From contig CAZLAD010000002.1 in NCBI GenBank assembly GCA_964557535.1, positions 85,560 to 149,559 of the forward strand: a stretch of 64,000 nt of DNA, in the 5' to 3' direction. Each line of letters starts with the position of its first letter. Position 1 is the stretch's first letter. Origin of the DNA: an uncultured Candidatus Saccharibacteria bacterium. GTDB lineage: Bacteria > Patescibacteriota > Minisyncoccia > Phycocordibacterales > CSBR16-119. The notes under the pieces are model-generated. The model made no database searches. It saw only the letters and a program-made list of their open reading frames with translations, and was not told the DNA's origin. Positions 39,353 through 49,527 of this stretch are shown here, piece after piece. A program made the translations under genes and the position numbers.

Positions 39353-39652
39353 TTATCTGATTTCATTGCCGGATTTGGTGGCAACACGGACCTTTTTACC
39401 ATTAATAAGTTTTGCTTTAACTCTGGTCGGTTTGTTGTTGTCGACAAGCATGACATTTGAGGCGCTGATTGGCGCAGACATTTCAATTATTGCCCCAGCT
39501 TTGTTGGCAGTCTTTTTCTTGTGAACTTTGCGGACATTGACACCTTCGACGATAACTTTGTTAGCCTCACGAAAAACCTTCAAGACCTTGCCTGTCTTGC
39601 CTTTGTCAGATCCTGCTACCACTATTACGTTGTCGTTTTTTCTGATATTCAT
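39353..39652 (-). CDS. rplX: 50S ribosomal protein L24
   Basis: GSDKGKTGKV, VEGVN, SNVML. Confidence 0.97.
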   Translation of the reverse strand: MNIRKNDNVIVVAGSDKGKTGKVLKVFREANKVIVEGVNVRKVHKKKTANKAGAIIEMSAPISASNVMLVDNNKPTRVKAKLINGKKVRVATKSGNEIR

Positions 39653-39656
39653 AAAA

Positions 39657-40028
39657 TTATAGAACCTCTGGGGCTAGTGACACGATTTTCTGATAACCTT
39701 TTTCACCAATTTCTCTTGGAATTGGACCGAAGATTCGTCCAGCCTTTGGTTCGAACTTACCTTTTTCGATGATAACTACAGCGTTGTCGTCAAAAGAAAT
39801 ATATGAACCATCTTTGCGACGAAAAGGTTTGGTCGTACGTACAACAACAGCGTGATGAACGTCTTTCTTTTTTATCATCTTGCGAGGCGAAGCTGTTTTG
39901 ACAGCGATAACTACCAAATCACCAAGCGAAGCATATCGACGTTTTGATCCGCCGAGAACTTTGAAGACGCGAGCTGACAAAGCTCCTCCGTTATCTGCCA
40001 CTGTTACATTTGTTCCGTCTTGAATCAT
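39657..40028 (-). CDS. rplN: 50S ribosomal protein L14
   Basis: VADNGGA, FDDNAVV, KIVSLAPEVL. Confidence 0.98.
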   Translation of the reverse strand: MIQDGTNVTVADNGGALSARVFKVLGGSKRRYASLGDLVVIAVKTASPRKMIKKKDVHHAVVVRTTKPFRRKDGSYISFDDNAVVIIEKGKFEPKAGRIFGPIPREIGEKGYQKIVSLAPEVL

Positions 40029-40034
40029 AAAAGT

Positions 40035-40292
40035 TTAGATTTTCTTAGTTACTTTGAAATACTTCGTTTTCGAAATCGGACGTGTTTCAATCATTTCTAC
40101 CTTGTCACCGATTTTGAATTCATTGTTCTCGTCGTGAGCCTGGTAACGCTTGTCTTTCTTGAAAAATTTCTGATATTTGGCGTGCTTGACGAATCTTGGC
40201 ACAGTAACAACCACGGTCTTGTCGTTGCCGTCCTTGACCACAGTTCCCTGTAGTACTTTTGGTTTTTTAGTTGTATTACTGTCTGTTTTCAT
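40035..40292 (-). CDS. rpsQ: 30S ribosomal protein S17
   Basis: DKTVVV, AHDE, ETRPISKTK. Confidence 0.97.
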   Translation of the reverse strand: MKTDSNTTKKPKVLQGTVVKDGNDKTVVVTVPRFVKHAKYQKFFKKDKRYQAHDENNEFKIGDKVEMIETRPISKTKYFKVTKKI

Positions 40293-40300
40293 AAAATTTA

Positions 40301-40486
40301 TTATTTTGTATTACGAGCGGTAAGCTCTGTGTTGATACGAGCAATGTCTCGTCGCAACTCTTTCATGCCGTGGTTTTTGGCTCGGCCAGAAACGTTGAAT
40401 CGCATTTTTTGCAATTCGGCTGATTTTTCAGCCTTTTGCTTATGCAAATCAGCAACGCTTGTGGATTTTAAATCAAGTTTCTTCAT
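40301..40486 (-). CDS. rpmC: 50S ribosomal protein L29
   Basis: RRDIARINT; synteny. Confidence 0.92.
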   Translation of the reverse strand: MKKLDLKSTSVADLHKQKAEKSAELQKMRFNVSGRAKNHGMKELRRDIARINTELTARNTK

Positions 40487-40495
40487 ATTACATTT

Positions 40496-40921
40496 TTATT
40501 TATTTCTGGCAACTACGCGAGTCTTGACTGGCAATTTTGTTCCCGCTTTGCGCAAAGCCTCTTTGCAGATAGCTTCTGTCGCACCGTCGGCCTCGAAAAT
40601 GATGCGTCCTGGGTGAACTTCGAAACAGTACCCCTTCAAATCTCCTTTTCCCTTACCCATTCCGACTTCTGCGGCCTTGGCAGTAACTGGTCGGTCAGGG
40701 AAAATACGAATCCAAGACTTACCTTCTTTGGTCAAATGTCGAACCATAGCCTTTCGAGCAGATTCAATCTGAGCGGAAGTAACACGAGCCATAGATTCAG
40801 CTTTCAAGCCAAAAGACCCGAAGCTCACTTCTATTCCACGAGTGTCGGCACGCTTCATCTTAAGAGGATTTTTGCGGGCCGTTTGCCACTTTCGATATTT
40901 AACTTTTTTAGGAAACATCAT
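40496..40921 (-). CDS. rplP: 50S ribosomal protein L16
   Basis: QIESAR, WIRIFPD, MGKGKG. Confidence 0.98.
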   Translation of the reverse strand: MMFPKKVKYRKWQTARKNPLKMKRADTRGIEVSFGSFGLKAESMARVTSAQIESARKAMVRHLTKEGKSWIRIFPDRPVTAKAAEVGMGKGKGDLKGYCFEVHPGRIIFEADGATEAICKEALRKAGTKLPVKTRVVARNK

Positions 40922-40934
40922 ATAAATTCATTTA

Positions 40935-41618
40935 TTACTTGCCGTGAGCATTAGTCGAACGGTCTTTTTCAAAAACCTCGCCTCGGTAGATCCAGACCTT
41001 GATACCAAGTGTTCCATAGTAGAGCACTGCACGTTCGCGAGCAAAATCAACATCAGCACGCAAAGTTTGAAGCGGGATAGAACCTTGTTTAACTTCTTCT
41101 CGACGAGCCATGTCAGCACCGTTCAAGCGACCCGAAACAACGATACGAGCTCCTTTGACTTCGCGAGAAGCCATGACTTTATCAAGAGTCTGCTTGATAA
41201 CGCGTCGGAATGGAAGACGTTTTTCGAGACCCTCGACGATGGTATATGCCACGATTTGTGCGTCTGCATCAGGGTTCGTTACTTCCTGAATATCGATTTT
41301 GAAATCTTCTGGAATAGAGATTTTATTTTTTGTCATCATCTTCGTCAAATCTTCGCGAAGCTTTTTGGCACCCTCGCCTGATCGGCCGATGATAACACCA
41401 GGACGAGCAGTCTTGATGATGATGCGAGCGCCTTTGCGTGAACGTTCAATTTCAACAGACGACAAATATGCTGAGCGCAGTTTTTTCGTAAGCCAAGCAC
41501 GAATCAAAATATCAGACTTCAAAGTCTCGGCGAATTTCTTGCCAGTAGAAAACCAGCGAGATTTCCAATCTCGAAGCACTACTAGTCTATGTGAATATGG
41601 GTTTACTTTTTTTGACAT
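40935..41618 (-). CDS. rpsC: 30S ribosomal protein S3
   Basis: RPGVIIGRSG, SGRLNGA, PLQTLRA. Confidence 0.98.
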   Translation of the reverse strand: MSKKVNPYSHRLVVLRDWKSRWFSTGKKFAETLKSDILIRAWLTKKLRSAYLSSVEIERSRKGARIIIKTARPGVIIGRSGEGAKKLREDLTKMMTKNKISIPEDFKIDIQEVTNPDADAQIVAYTIVEGLEKRLPFRRVIKQTLDKVMASREVKGARIVVSGRLNGADMARREEVKQGSIPLQTLRADVDFARERAVLYYGTLGIKVWIYRGEVFEKDRSTNAHGK

Positions 41619-41622
41619 ATTA

Positions 41623-42090
41623 TTAGCTGTTAGCTGTTAGCTTTTGGCTTTTAGCTTTTTTGGCGACCCCCGCTCGGGCTGGCTTTTTGACTGTAGCCTT
41701 CTTGGCAACGGGTTTTTCGGCTTTTTCTACTTTGATCTCTGCTACTTCCTTGGCACCAGCAGATTTTTTGGAAGCCAAAGTTACCACAACATGGCAAGTT
41801 CTTTTATTTATCGGATATCCGGAACCACGAGCACGAGGTCGCATACGTTTCAATGTGATGCCTTTGTTGACCTCGATACTTTTGACCATCAAATCAGCAG
41901 TGTCGACACCAGAATTTACGCGAGCATTAGCGATCGCAGAATCAATCAATTTTTTGATTGGGTCAGCAGAGCGTTTCGGCATAAAAGACAAAATCAAAGA
42001 CGCATTCTGAGCAGATTTACCAACGACGGCCTTCGCCACTAGGCGGACCTTTCGAGGTGATTGTCTGTAGTTTTTAAGAATGGCTTTCAT
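41623..42090 (-). CDS. rplV: 50S ribosomal protein L22 with Lys/Ala-rich tail
   Basis: SPRKVRLV, SAIANA, PRARG. Confidence 0.97.
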   Translation of the reverse strand: MKAILKNYRQSPRKVRLVAKAVVGKSAQNASLILSFMPKRSADPIKKLIDSAIANARVNSGVDTADLMVKSIEVNKGITLKRMRPRARGSGYPINKRTCHVVVTLASKKSAGAKEVAEIKVEKAEKPVAKKATVKKPARAGVAKKAKSQKLTANS

Positions 42091-42095
42091 ATATT

Positions 42096-42452
42096 TTATT
42101 TCTTCTTATCAGCACCCTTATCTGCAGTCGCGGCTTTGGCAGACTGAGCAGCTGCGATTTCAGATTCTTTCTTCTTCTGCTCAAGCTCTTTCATAAGCTT
42201 ACCGCCGTGTCGGTGGAATTTACGGGTCGGAGAAAATTCACCCAATCGGTGTCCAACCATGTCTTCGGTGACGAAAACTTTGATGTGGTCTTTGCCATTG
42301 TGAACGCCAAAAGAAAAGCCAATCATTTCAGGAGCGATTTGGGAAGCTCTGGCCCACGTGTTAATAACCCCAGTTTCTTGGGGCTTTTTTCCAGCAATCT
42401 TCTTTAGAAGCTTTGCATCTATGTATGGACCTTTTTTAAGTGATCTTGTCAT
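42096..42452 (-). CDS. rpsS: 30S ribosomal protein S19
   Basis: [25 protein letters not shown]. Confidence 0.98.
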   Translation of the reverse strand: MTRSLKKGPYIDAKLLKKIAGKKPQETGVINTWARASQIAPEMIGFSFGVHNGKDHIKVFVTEDMVGHRLGEFSPTRKFHRHGGKLMKELEQKKKESEIAAAQSAKAATADKGADKKK

Positions 42453-42631
42453 TGTTGTTTAATGAGAAATCGTCGTCATGGCTAGGTCGTGGGTCTCTAG
42501 AGAATCCAGAGCGTCACCGCCATCTTCGTATTTCATTTTCAAAAAAATTCAGGCCCTTCGGCCGAATAGGTAGCATACTAGCAGATAGGGTTTTGAAAGT
42601 CAAACTTGGTAAGCCAGTTTCTTTTTAATAA

Positions 42632-42660
42632 TTGACAATATGGCTTATATATGATACTAT
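42632..42660 (+). promoter_or_regulatory. sigma70 promoter of the inserted lipoprotein gene
   Basis: TTGACA-17-TACTAT. Confidence 0.7.
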
Positions 42661-42678
42661 CATGCAAAACCAACCCTG

Positions 42679-43182
42679 ATGAAGCACCTGCTCTTCCTTT
42701 TTTCCTGTGCGTTGTTCATCTTCTCCTGCGCCAACCCTTCCCTCGAGGAAGAAGCGATGGGTGAGATCACACAGCTCCAACCCAACAACCAAAGCGCATC
42801 TATGGAACCAACGAGTGCAATAGATGAGCACCTGCGGTTCAAACTCCCCCAAGGTTCATACCAGAATCTGGTCTATCTGATGGAGTTGAATGCAATAATC
42901 GGCGAGCATGCTGACCTGACCACTTGGTGGTATGCGACCCCACCGATAAATGGGTACGTTCACGACCTGAACGTAATACAAGGACCTACACCTGAGGAAT
43001 GGCGTCAACTCCAAACTCCTCGATGGATCCTGGTCCATGTGAGATCCAAAGGTGCACCTTGGGGAGAGAAATTGTTTTCCTACAGTCTTCTGCCGAGCGA
43101 TGACATCCTCTTCGATTCACCCGCAGACACGGTCCATGCAGACATGATCCGAGATGCTATAAACGAAATACTGAAGGAGTAA
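42679..43182 (+). CDS. Orphan putative lipoprotein inserted antisense between rplB and rpsS
   Basis: Lipoprotein-like signal MKHLLFLFSCALFIFSC; own promoter and terminator. Confidence 0.7.
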   Translation: MKHLLFLFSCALFIFSCANPSLEEEAMGEITQLQPNNQSASMEPTSAIDEHLRFKLPQGSYQNLVYLMELNAIIGEHADLTTWWYATPPINGYVHDLNVIQGPTPEEWRQLQTPRWILVHVRSKGAPWGEKLFSYSLLPSDDILFDSPADTVHADMIRDAINEILKE

Positions 43183-43201
43183 ACGCACTAATGAACAACG
43201 C

Positions 43202-43231
43202 GAAAGCGCCCCGAGTATACGGGGCGCTTTC
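43202..43231. terminator. Bidirectional terminator (AGTATA-loop family)
   Basis: AAAGCGCCCCG-AGTATA-CGGGGCGCTTT. Confidence 0.8.
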
Positions 43232-43238
43232 TGCTTTT

Positions 43239-44093
43239 CTACACAATCTTCTGCTGATTTCTCTTTGTTTTTCTGCGAGTAACCACTTGATTGTTTGAGT
43301 ATTTCTTTGATTTTCGAGTTTTGACTCCGTAAGCGAGTTTTCCGTGACGAGTCTTTGGACCTCGGCGAAGTCCGATTCCCTGTCGTCCTTCTCCTCCACC
43401 GTGTGGGTGATCAACTGGACTCATGGCCGAACCGCGAACCGTTGGGCGAATGCCCTTCCAGCGACTTCGTCCAGCTTTACCAAAGTTTGTAAGTTTCCAT
43501 TCAGCGTTTGAAACTTCGCCGACACATGCCCAAGCAAGCGTTGGAACTTTTCGAACTTCAGTTGAAGGCATTTTTAGGAATGTCTTGTCGCCATCATGTG
43601 CCACAACCTGCAGGAACGATCCAGCAGACCTGGCGAGCTTGGCACCGCCGTTTGTCTTGATCTCGACGTTGTAAACAAAAGTACCAACTGGAATATTTAC
43701 AAGCGGAAGTCGATTACCAAGTTTTGGTTCGGCAGTCTTTGAGACAATAAATTTGTCTCCGACTTTTGCACCCTTTGGAATTACGACATAACGTTTTTCA
43801 CCATCAGCATAAACAGCAAGTGATATAAAAGCGTTTCGATTTGGATCGTATTCGACGGTTGTAAATTTAGCTGGGATATCAAATTTGTTGTATTTGAAAT
43901 CGACATCGCGATAAGAACGCTTGTGTCCACCTCCTTTGTGCGGAGTAGTAATGCGTCCCTGGTTGTTGCGACCAACATGGCGTTTACCACCTTTGGTCAA
44001 TTTCTTGTGCGGATGCTTGGTCGTCAAATTGTCTCGATAAGAAACAACTGTCATTCCACGGCGTCCGGCTGATGTTGGTTTGAACTTCTTCAT
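43239..44093 (-). CDS. rplB: 50S ribosomal protein L2
   Basis: EYDPNR, ARSAG, PTVRG, DHPHGGGEG. Confidence 0.98.
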   Translation of the reverse strand: MKKFKPTSAGRRGMTVVSYRDNLTTKHPHKKLTKGGKRHVGRNNQGRITTPHKGGGHKRSYRDVDFKYNKFDIPAKFTTVEYDPNRNAFISLAVYADGEKRYVVIPKGAKVGDKFIVSKTAEPKLGNRLPLVNIPVGTFVYNVEIKTNGGAKLARSAGSFLQVVAHDGDKTFLKMPSTEVRKVPTLAWACVGEVSNAEWKLTNFGKAGRSRWKGIRPTVRGSAMSPVDHPHGGGEGRQGIGLRRGPKTRHGKLAYGVKTRKSKKYSNNQVVTRRKTKRNQQKIV

Positions 44094-44215
44094 TTGATTA
44101 TCGTTTTTAAAACACTACTTATCGGCAAGTGCAACCATAATTTGTAAATTAAGAAGCCTTGAGCCCTTAGCTTTTAGCCGTTAGCTAACGGCCAATGGCT
44201 AAGAGCTAACAGCTC

Positions 44216-44653
44216 TTAGATGAATTCTATCTTGTCTCCCTTTTTCAAGGTGACGTATGCTTTGCGACCTCCGCGCTTAACGCCATTTGCCGTCTGACGG
44301 AACACTCGTTTCGTCGGAATTGCGAGGACGTTTACGCGAACCGGTGTAAAACCGTAAATTGCCTTGATGGCTTTTACGACTTCAATCTTGTTCGCGCCCG
44401 GATAGACATCAAATGTATAGACGTTTTGATCTGAGACATTGGCGGCCTTCTCCGTAATACGAGGATTTCGGATAACCATAGAATCAACTTTGGCTGTTCC
44501 CTTCTTTGCCTCCTTTACGACCGCGGGCTTTTCGGCTTTTTCTGCAACCCCCGCCCGAACGACCGATTTTCGGTCGGGCAGGTTTTTAGCCGCTACTTTT
44601 TTTGTAGCTGGTGCTGGCTTCTTCTTGTCATCAGATTTTGAAAAAATTCCCAT
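44216..44653 (-). CDS. rplW: 50S ribosomal protein L23 with N-terminal extension
   Basis: PRITEKA, ANKIEV, KAYVTL. Confidence 0.95.
   Translation of the reverse strand: MGIFSKSDDKKKPAPATKKVAAKNLPDRKSVVRAGVAEKAEKPAVVKEAKKGTAKVDSMVIRNPRITEKAANVSDQNVYTFDVYPGANKIEVVKAIKAIYGFTPVRVNVLAIPTKRVFRQTANGVKRGGRKAYVTLKKGDKIEFI
44550..44582. repeat. 33-nt palindromic element in frame in rplW
   Basis: CCCGCCCGAAC-GACCG-ATTTT-CGGTC-GGGCAGG. Confidence 0.75.
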
Positions 44654-44654
44654 A

Positions 44655-45320
44655 TTATTTATCTAATTTAGCTGACAAAGTCGCGAGTGACTCCGCAGGA
44701 TTGACTATTAATAGGTATCGGTGATTCAAAACATCTGACACGGAAAGATTTCTAAGCTCGTTAACTTCCACGTACGGAATGTTGTTGTAGCTTTTCTTTA
44801 CAGTTTCGTTTACTTGATCAATCGCGACCTGAGCTACGACTTTCTTTGAGCCTTTCAAGCGCTCAAATCCAGATATATTTCCAAGTGCGTTCATGATAGT
44901 TGCAGCTTCTTTGGTCTTGATGGTCGATGGAGAAATGTTGTCGACAAACAAGATCTGACCTTTGCGGAATTTCTCTGATAGTAGTGTGAACAAAGCCGCT
45001 CGGTTCATTTTCTTGTTAATCTTTTTCTTGTAGTTTCTCTCAGGCGTTGGACCATGAGCAATACCTCCACCAACCCAAATCGGTGAACGTTTAGAACCAT
45101 GTCTGGCGCGTCCTGTACCCTTTTGTTTCCAAGGCTTCTTGCCTGTTCCCGAAACTTCTGAACGATCTTTAGTTTTTGCGGTATTGGCCCGAGCATTTGA
45201 TTGCTGTGACGTAAATACTTGGTGAACCAAGTCGGCATTCCAATTAAGCCCGAAAATACTTTCCGGAAGTTCAATACTTCCTGCTTCTTTTCCTTTTTTA
45301 TCGTAAATTAAAGCTTTCAT
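44655..45320 (-). CDS. rplD: 50S ribosomal protein L4
   Basis: KPWKQKGTGRARHGS, GGG..HGP. Confidence 0.98.
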   Translation of the reverse strand: MKALIYDKKGKEAGSIELPESIFGLNWNADLVHQVFTSQQSNARANTAKTKDRSEVSGTGKKPWKQKGTGRARHGSKRSPIWVGGGIAHGPTPERNYKKKINKKMNRAALFTLLSEKFRKGQILFVDNISPSTIKTKEAATIMNALGNISGFERLKGSKKVVAQVAIDQVNETVKKSYNNIPYVEVNELRNLSVSDVLNHRYLLIVNPAESLATLSAKLDK

Positions 45321-45324
45321 ATAT

Positions 45325-45948
45325 TTATCCGGTTATTGTTACCAATGTTCCACGTCGACCAGGAATTGCTCCCTTTACCAATATTTTTGAATTTTCATTG
45401 TCTACTGCTAGAACTTTCAGATTCTTTACAGAGACGATATCTCCGCCCATGCGTCCGGCCATGCGAATGTCTTTGGCTACACGTCCGCCGGCTCGTCCAC
45501 CCGAACCAGAAATTGTTCCGGCTTCACGCTCAGAATGTTTCTGACCGTGTGAACGGCGACCTCCTTTGAAGCCATGTCGTTTAACAACACCCTGAAAGCC
45601 TTTACCCTTTGACACGCCTGTAACCACAACAGTATCACCAACGGCAAATGTCGTAGCATCTACTGTGTCACCGAGATTAAGTCCTGATGTTGCGCCTTTT
45701 TCTAATCGGTATTCTTTCAAGTGACGGAAATTTCCAAGACCTTTTAGATGACCTTTTAGAGGTTTGTTGACGCGAGATTCTTTCATTTCACTGTAACCAA
45801 ACTGAATAGCATCATAACCATCAGTTGCCACAGTTTTGATTTGGACGACTTTCATCGGTCCTGCTTCGACGAGGGTCGCTGGGAACACGTTCCCTGACTC
45901 GTCGAAGAACTGCGTCATATTTACTTTTTTTCCTAATATAAATTTCAT
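45325..45948 (-). CDS. rplC: 50S ribosomal protein L3
   Basis: SKGKGFQGVVKRH, MAGRMG, VKGAIPG. Confidence 0.98.
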   Translation of the reverse strand: MKFILGKKVNMTQFFDESGNVFPATLVEAGPMKVVQIKTVATDGYDAIQFGYSEMKESRVNKPLKGHLKGLGNFRHLKEYRLEKGATSGLNLGDTVDATTFAVGDTVVVTGVSKGKGFQGVVKRHGFKGGRRSHGQKHSEREAGTISGSGGRAGGRVAKDIRMAGRMGGDIVSVKNLKVLAVDNENSKILVKGAIPGRRGTLVTITG

Positions 45949-46022
45949 AATTTTTAGTTAAGTTACTCCCTCCGCGTCAAACGCAGTTAGAGCATTGTAA
46001 CCATAAGTTCGAAGTCTGGTAA

Positions 46023-46388
46023 TTACACCATCTTTACATCAATCTCGACTCCCGAAGGCAAATTCAAGTTTGTAAGTGCTTCAATCGTTTTCGCAGATGG
46101 ATTCAAGATGTCAATAAGACGTTTGTGCGTCCTGATCTCGAACTGTTCTCGTGCATCTTTGTAAACGAATGGTGAACTATTTACAGTGTACTTCTTGATC
46201 TCTGTCGGTAGAGGTACCGGACCCAGAATCGTCGCATCGTGGCGAGCGGCTGTGTCGATAATCTGTTTGACTGAGTTGTCGAGAATCTTATTTTCATAAG
46301 CTCGGACACGAATTCGAAGCACTACTTTGTCTGACTTTGTAGTCGTTTTCTTTACTGATGTTTTTGATTGTGCTTTTTTTGTCGCCAT
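46023..46388 (-). CDS. rpsJ: 30S ribosomal protein S10
   Basis: [22 protein letters not shown]. Confidence 0.98.
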   Translation of the reverse strand: MATKKAQSKTSVKKTTTKSDKVVLRIRVRAYENKILDNSVKQIIDTAARHDATILGPVPLPTEIKKYTVNSSPFVYKDAREQFEIRTHKRLIDILNPSAKTIEALTNLNLPSGVEIDVKMV

Positions 46389-46414
46389 AATTTAATGAGC
46401 TAATTATTTTTGAA

Positions 46415-47614
46415 TTATTTTGTGATCTTTGTGACGACTCCAGCACCGACAGTTCTGCCTCCCTCTCGGATAGCAAAACGCATCTTTTCTTCGAGTGCGA
46501 CCGGTGCAACCAATACAACCTTCAAGTTAACAGTATCTCCAGGCATAACCATTTCGGCTCCTTCTGGGATAGTAACTTCTCCGGTAACGTCAGTTGTTCG
46601 GATGTAAAACTGTGGTTTGTAACCTTTGAGGAATGGAGTGTGTCGGCCACCTTCTTCTTTCTTCAAGATGTAGGCTTCACATTCAAATTCTGTGTGAGGT
46701 GTAACTGATCCAGGTATTGCAAGAACTTGTCCACGGTGAACATCTTCTTTCTTCACACCTCGGAGCAAGATTCCAGCATTGTCTCCAGCCATACCTTCGT
46801 TTAGCTGTTTGTTAAACATTTCGATTCCAGTAACTGTTGTTTTAACAGTGTCTTTGATACCGACGATTTCAACGTCTTGACCAACTTTGACAACTCCTCG
46901 TTCGATTTTACCTGTAGCAACTGTTCCACGTCCTTCGATAGAGAAAATGTCTTCGATAGGCATAAGGAAAGGTTTTTCAAGATCACGAACTGGTGTTGGG
47001 ATGTAAGTATCTAGAGTATTTGCAAGTTCTAGAACTTTCTGGGCCCATTCGTCATTGTTATCAGCTGATTCAAGAGCTTTTAGACCTGAACCTCGGATAA
47101 CTGGGGCACCGGCACCATCAAATCCCTGCTTTGTAAGCAATTCACGGATTTCTTCTTCGACTAGGTCGATCATGTCTTTATCATCAACCATGTCGCACTT
47201 GTTTAGGAAAACGATAATCTTTGGCACACCTACTTGCTTTGCAAGCAAAACGTGTTCGCGTGTCTGTGGCATCGCACCATCAGTTGCGGCTACGACAAGT
47301 ACAGCGCCGTCCATTTGAGCGGCACCAGTAATCATGTTTTTGATGTAGTCGGCGTGACCTGGGGCGTCGATGTGAGCGTAGTGACGATTTGGAGTTTCGT
47401 ACTCATTGTGAGAAAGGGCGATGGTGATACCACGAGCCTTTTCTTCTGGAGCTGAGTCAATGTCGTTGACACCTTTTAGCTTCGCAGAGTAGCCCCCTCC
47501 TTGTCGTCCAAGGACAGAGAGAATAGCGGCTGTTAATGTTGTCTTGCCGTGGTCGACGTGGCCGATTGTACCAACGTTGACGTGAGGCTTACTTCGATCA
47601 AATGCTTCTGCCAT
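46415..47614 (-). CDS. tuf: Elongation factor Tu
   Basis: [32 protein letters not shown]. Confidence 0.99.
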   Translation of the reverse strand: MAEAFDRSKPHVNVGTIGHVDHGKTTLTAAILSVLGRQGGGYSAKLKGVNDIDSAPEEKARGITIALSHNEYETPNRHYAHIDAPGHADYIKNMITGAAQMDGAVLVVAATDGAMPQTREHVLLAKQVGVPKIIVFLNKCDMVDDKDMIDLVEEEIRELLTKQGFDGAGAPVIRGSGLKALESADNNDEWAQKVLELANTLDTYIPTPVRDLEKPFLMPIEDIFSIEGRGTVATGKIERGVVKVGQDVEIVGIKDTVKTTVTGIEMFNKQLNEGMAGDNAGILLRGVKKEDVHRGQVLAIPGSVTPHTEFECEAYILKKEEGGRHTPFLKGYKPQFYIRTTDVTGEVTIPEGAEMVMPGDTVNLKVVLVAPVALEEKMRFAIREGGRTVGAGVVTKITK

Positions 47615-47791
47615 ATATTTACATTGGTTGACGGGCGTAACTTTTAGACACGAGAACGCGCTCCAAAAATTAAACTCGCCAACATATATTAATTTTTAAT
47701 AAAACCGCGAGCTTCAAACAAGTCTGATAAATTCAGCCCGCGTTTGACGCGGGAAATTCGGCAGAATCGCTAGAAGCTATTGCGTAAGGAC

Positions 47792-47820
47792 ATACTATAT
47801 TAGAAGTTTAGACGAGTCAA
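47792..47820 (-). promoter_or_regulatory. sigma70 promoter of tuf-S10
   Basis: TTGACT-17-TAGTAT. Confidence 0.65.
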
Positions 47821-47887
47821 GTATTTGGGTAACGAAAAACCCCGCCTTGCGGGCGGGGCTCTCACAATCGTTCACAAGGCAACTTGC

Positions 47888-48232
47888 CTAGTCGGCTCTC
47901 ATCTGCAGTACTGGCACCCAACTTCCCGTTGCAAGACCGTGGATCACGTAGGTTCTGTCGAACCAAACGCGAAAGAGTCGCTCTTTGAGCACGGCCCTGA
48001 TCACTTCGTACCAATCACTCTCCTTTCTGATGCAACGCTTCAGGTGGGTTTCATGCTCCAACACTTCAGATCTCCACATGCTTTCCTTTGCTTGAAGATC
48101 AATGCCCTTGTCCACATCCTTGAAATCGATTTGAAATTCGAAGTCAAGGTCTGCATCGCTTTTGGAAAGCTTCTCAGCTATTTCTTTCAACTGTCGGAGT
48201 CCTGCTAGGATATCCGTGCTTCGCTTTGTCAT
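47888..48232 (-). CDS. Orphan hypothetical protein
   Basis: 114 aa; promoter TTGACA-17-TAATTT, A/C-rich leader, terminator near 47836-47860. Confidence 0.65.
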   Translation of the reverse strand: MTKRSTDILAGLRQLKEIAEKLSKSDADLDFEFQIDFKDVDKGIDLQAKESMWRSEVLEHETHLKRCIRKESDWYEVIRAVLKERLFRVWFDRTYVIHGLATGSWVPVLQMRAD

Positions 48233-48345
48233 CGGCGTGGGTTTTGTTGAAAATTATCATGCATTCTTGTTATTGTCAAACTTCATTGACTTCCCTGTAT
48301 TTTCAAGCTAGAATTGCCAAACGTTTAAAGAAAAACAAGGAATCA

Positions 48346-48864
48346 TTGAGAAATAGAATAAACAACCAAATACGTACCGAAGAAGTTCGTCTCATCGAAG
48401 GTGCCGAAGGTATGCCGACCGGCGTCATGAAGACCGCCGACGCTATAGCACTCGCCGCCGAACACGGACTTGATCTCATCGAGATTACCGCGACTGCCAA
48501 CCCACCCATTGCAAAAATAATGGATTATGGTAAATTCGAGTACGAACAAAACAAGAAGCAGAAAGTTGCAAAGGCAAATGCACACCGAACCGAGACCAAA
48601 TCTATCCAGATTAAAGTCGCAACAGGTGACCACGATCTCGCTCTAAAAGCGAAAAAGGCGTCCGAATGGCTCGCCGAAGGACATCGTGTAAAGATTGAAC
48701 TGTATCTCGTCGGTCGCTCGAAGTACACCGCTGACACTTTCAAAAAAGAACGTCTAGATCGAGTACTTCATCTCATCACTGAGAATTACAAAATTGCCGA
48801 GGCCTACAAACCAAGTCCCCGTGGCGTCATGATCACCATCGAGAGAGACACAAAGAAAAATTAA
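48346..48864 (+). CDS. infC: Translation initiation factor IF-3
   Basis: RINNQI, LDLIEI, PPIAKIMDYGKF, GHRVKI; non-ATG start inferred at TTG 48346 after promoter TTGACT-17-TAGAAT. Confidence 0.93.
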   Translation: MRNRINNQIRTEEVRLIEGAEGMPTGVMKTADAIALAAEHGLDLIEITATANPPIAKIMDYGKFEYEQNKKQKVAKANAHRTETKSIQIKVATGDHDLALKAKKASEWLAEGHRVKIELYLVGRSKYTADTFKKERLDRVLHLITENYKIAEAYKPSPRGVMITIERDTKKN

Positions 48865-48932
48865 GAAAGCCATTAGCCTTTAGCCATTAGTTTTTAGCTA
48901 ACGGCCAACGGCTAAGAGCTAAAAGCTATAAT

Positions 48933-49157
48933 ATGAAAACAAACAAATCACTAGCCAAAAGAATAAAGATCACCAAAACCGGCAAGCTCAAAGCTCGCAA
49001 ACCTGGTTTTAACCATTTCAATGCAAAACAAAAGCGCCGAAAGCAACTCCAGGGCAAGACAGCTATCGACATGGTGCTGACAAACAGAGCCAAGGCCCGA
49101 TTCTTCCCTTACGCGAATACAAAGGTCCGAAAGCCAAAACCGGAAACTAAAAAATAG
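48933..49157 (+). CDS. rpmI: 50S ribosomal protein L35
   Basis: MKTNKS..KRIKITKTGK; synteny. Confidence 0.92.
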   Translation: MKTNKSLAKRIKITKTGKLKARKPGFNHFNAKQKRRKQLQGKTAIDMVLTNRAKARFFPYANTKVRKPKPETKK

Positions 49158-49182
49158 CCACTAACAACTAAACACTAATTCT

Positions 49183-49527
49183 ATGACTAGAGTAAAACGA
49201 GGAACAATTTCGCTAAAACGAAGAAAGAATGTATTGGCCAAGGTCAAAGGCTATCGATTTGGACGTTCAACCAAAGAACGCGAAGCAAAAGTCGCTATCA
49301 AACACGCTGGTGCTCACGCCTTTGCTCACCGCAAGGACAAGAAGGCCGACAAGCGCGCCCTCTGGCAGGCAAAAATAAACGCCGCTGTTAGACCACTTGG
49401 CATGACCTACTCACGATTCATCGAAGCCTTGAAGAAGAAAAACATCGAACTTGACCGCAAAATCCTCGCTGACATTGCCAAGAATCATCCAGAAAGTTTC
49501 AAGGCGATTGTGGAACTAGTGAAATAA
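49183..49527 (+). CDS. rplT: 50S ribosomal protein L20
   Basis: MTRVKRG, KINAA, LDRKILA. Confidence 0.97.
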   Translation: MTRVKRGTISLKRRKNVLAKVKGYRFGRSTKEREAKVAIKHAGAHAFAHRKDKKADKRALWQAKINAAVRPLGMTYSRFIEALKKKNIELDRKILADIAKNHPESFKAIVELVK

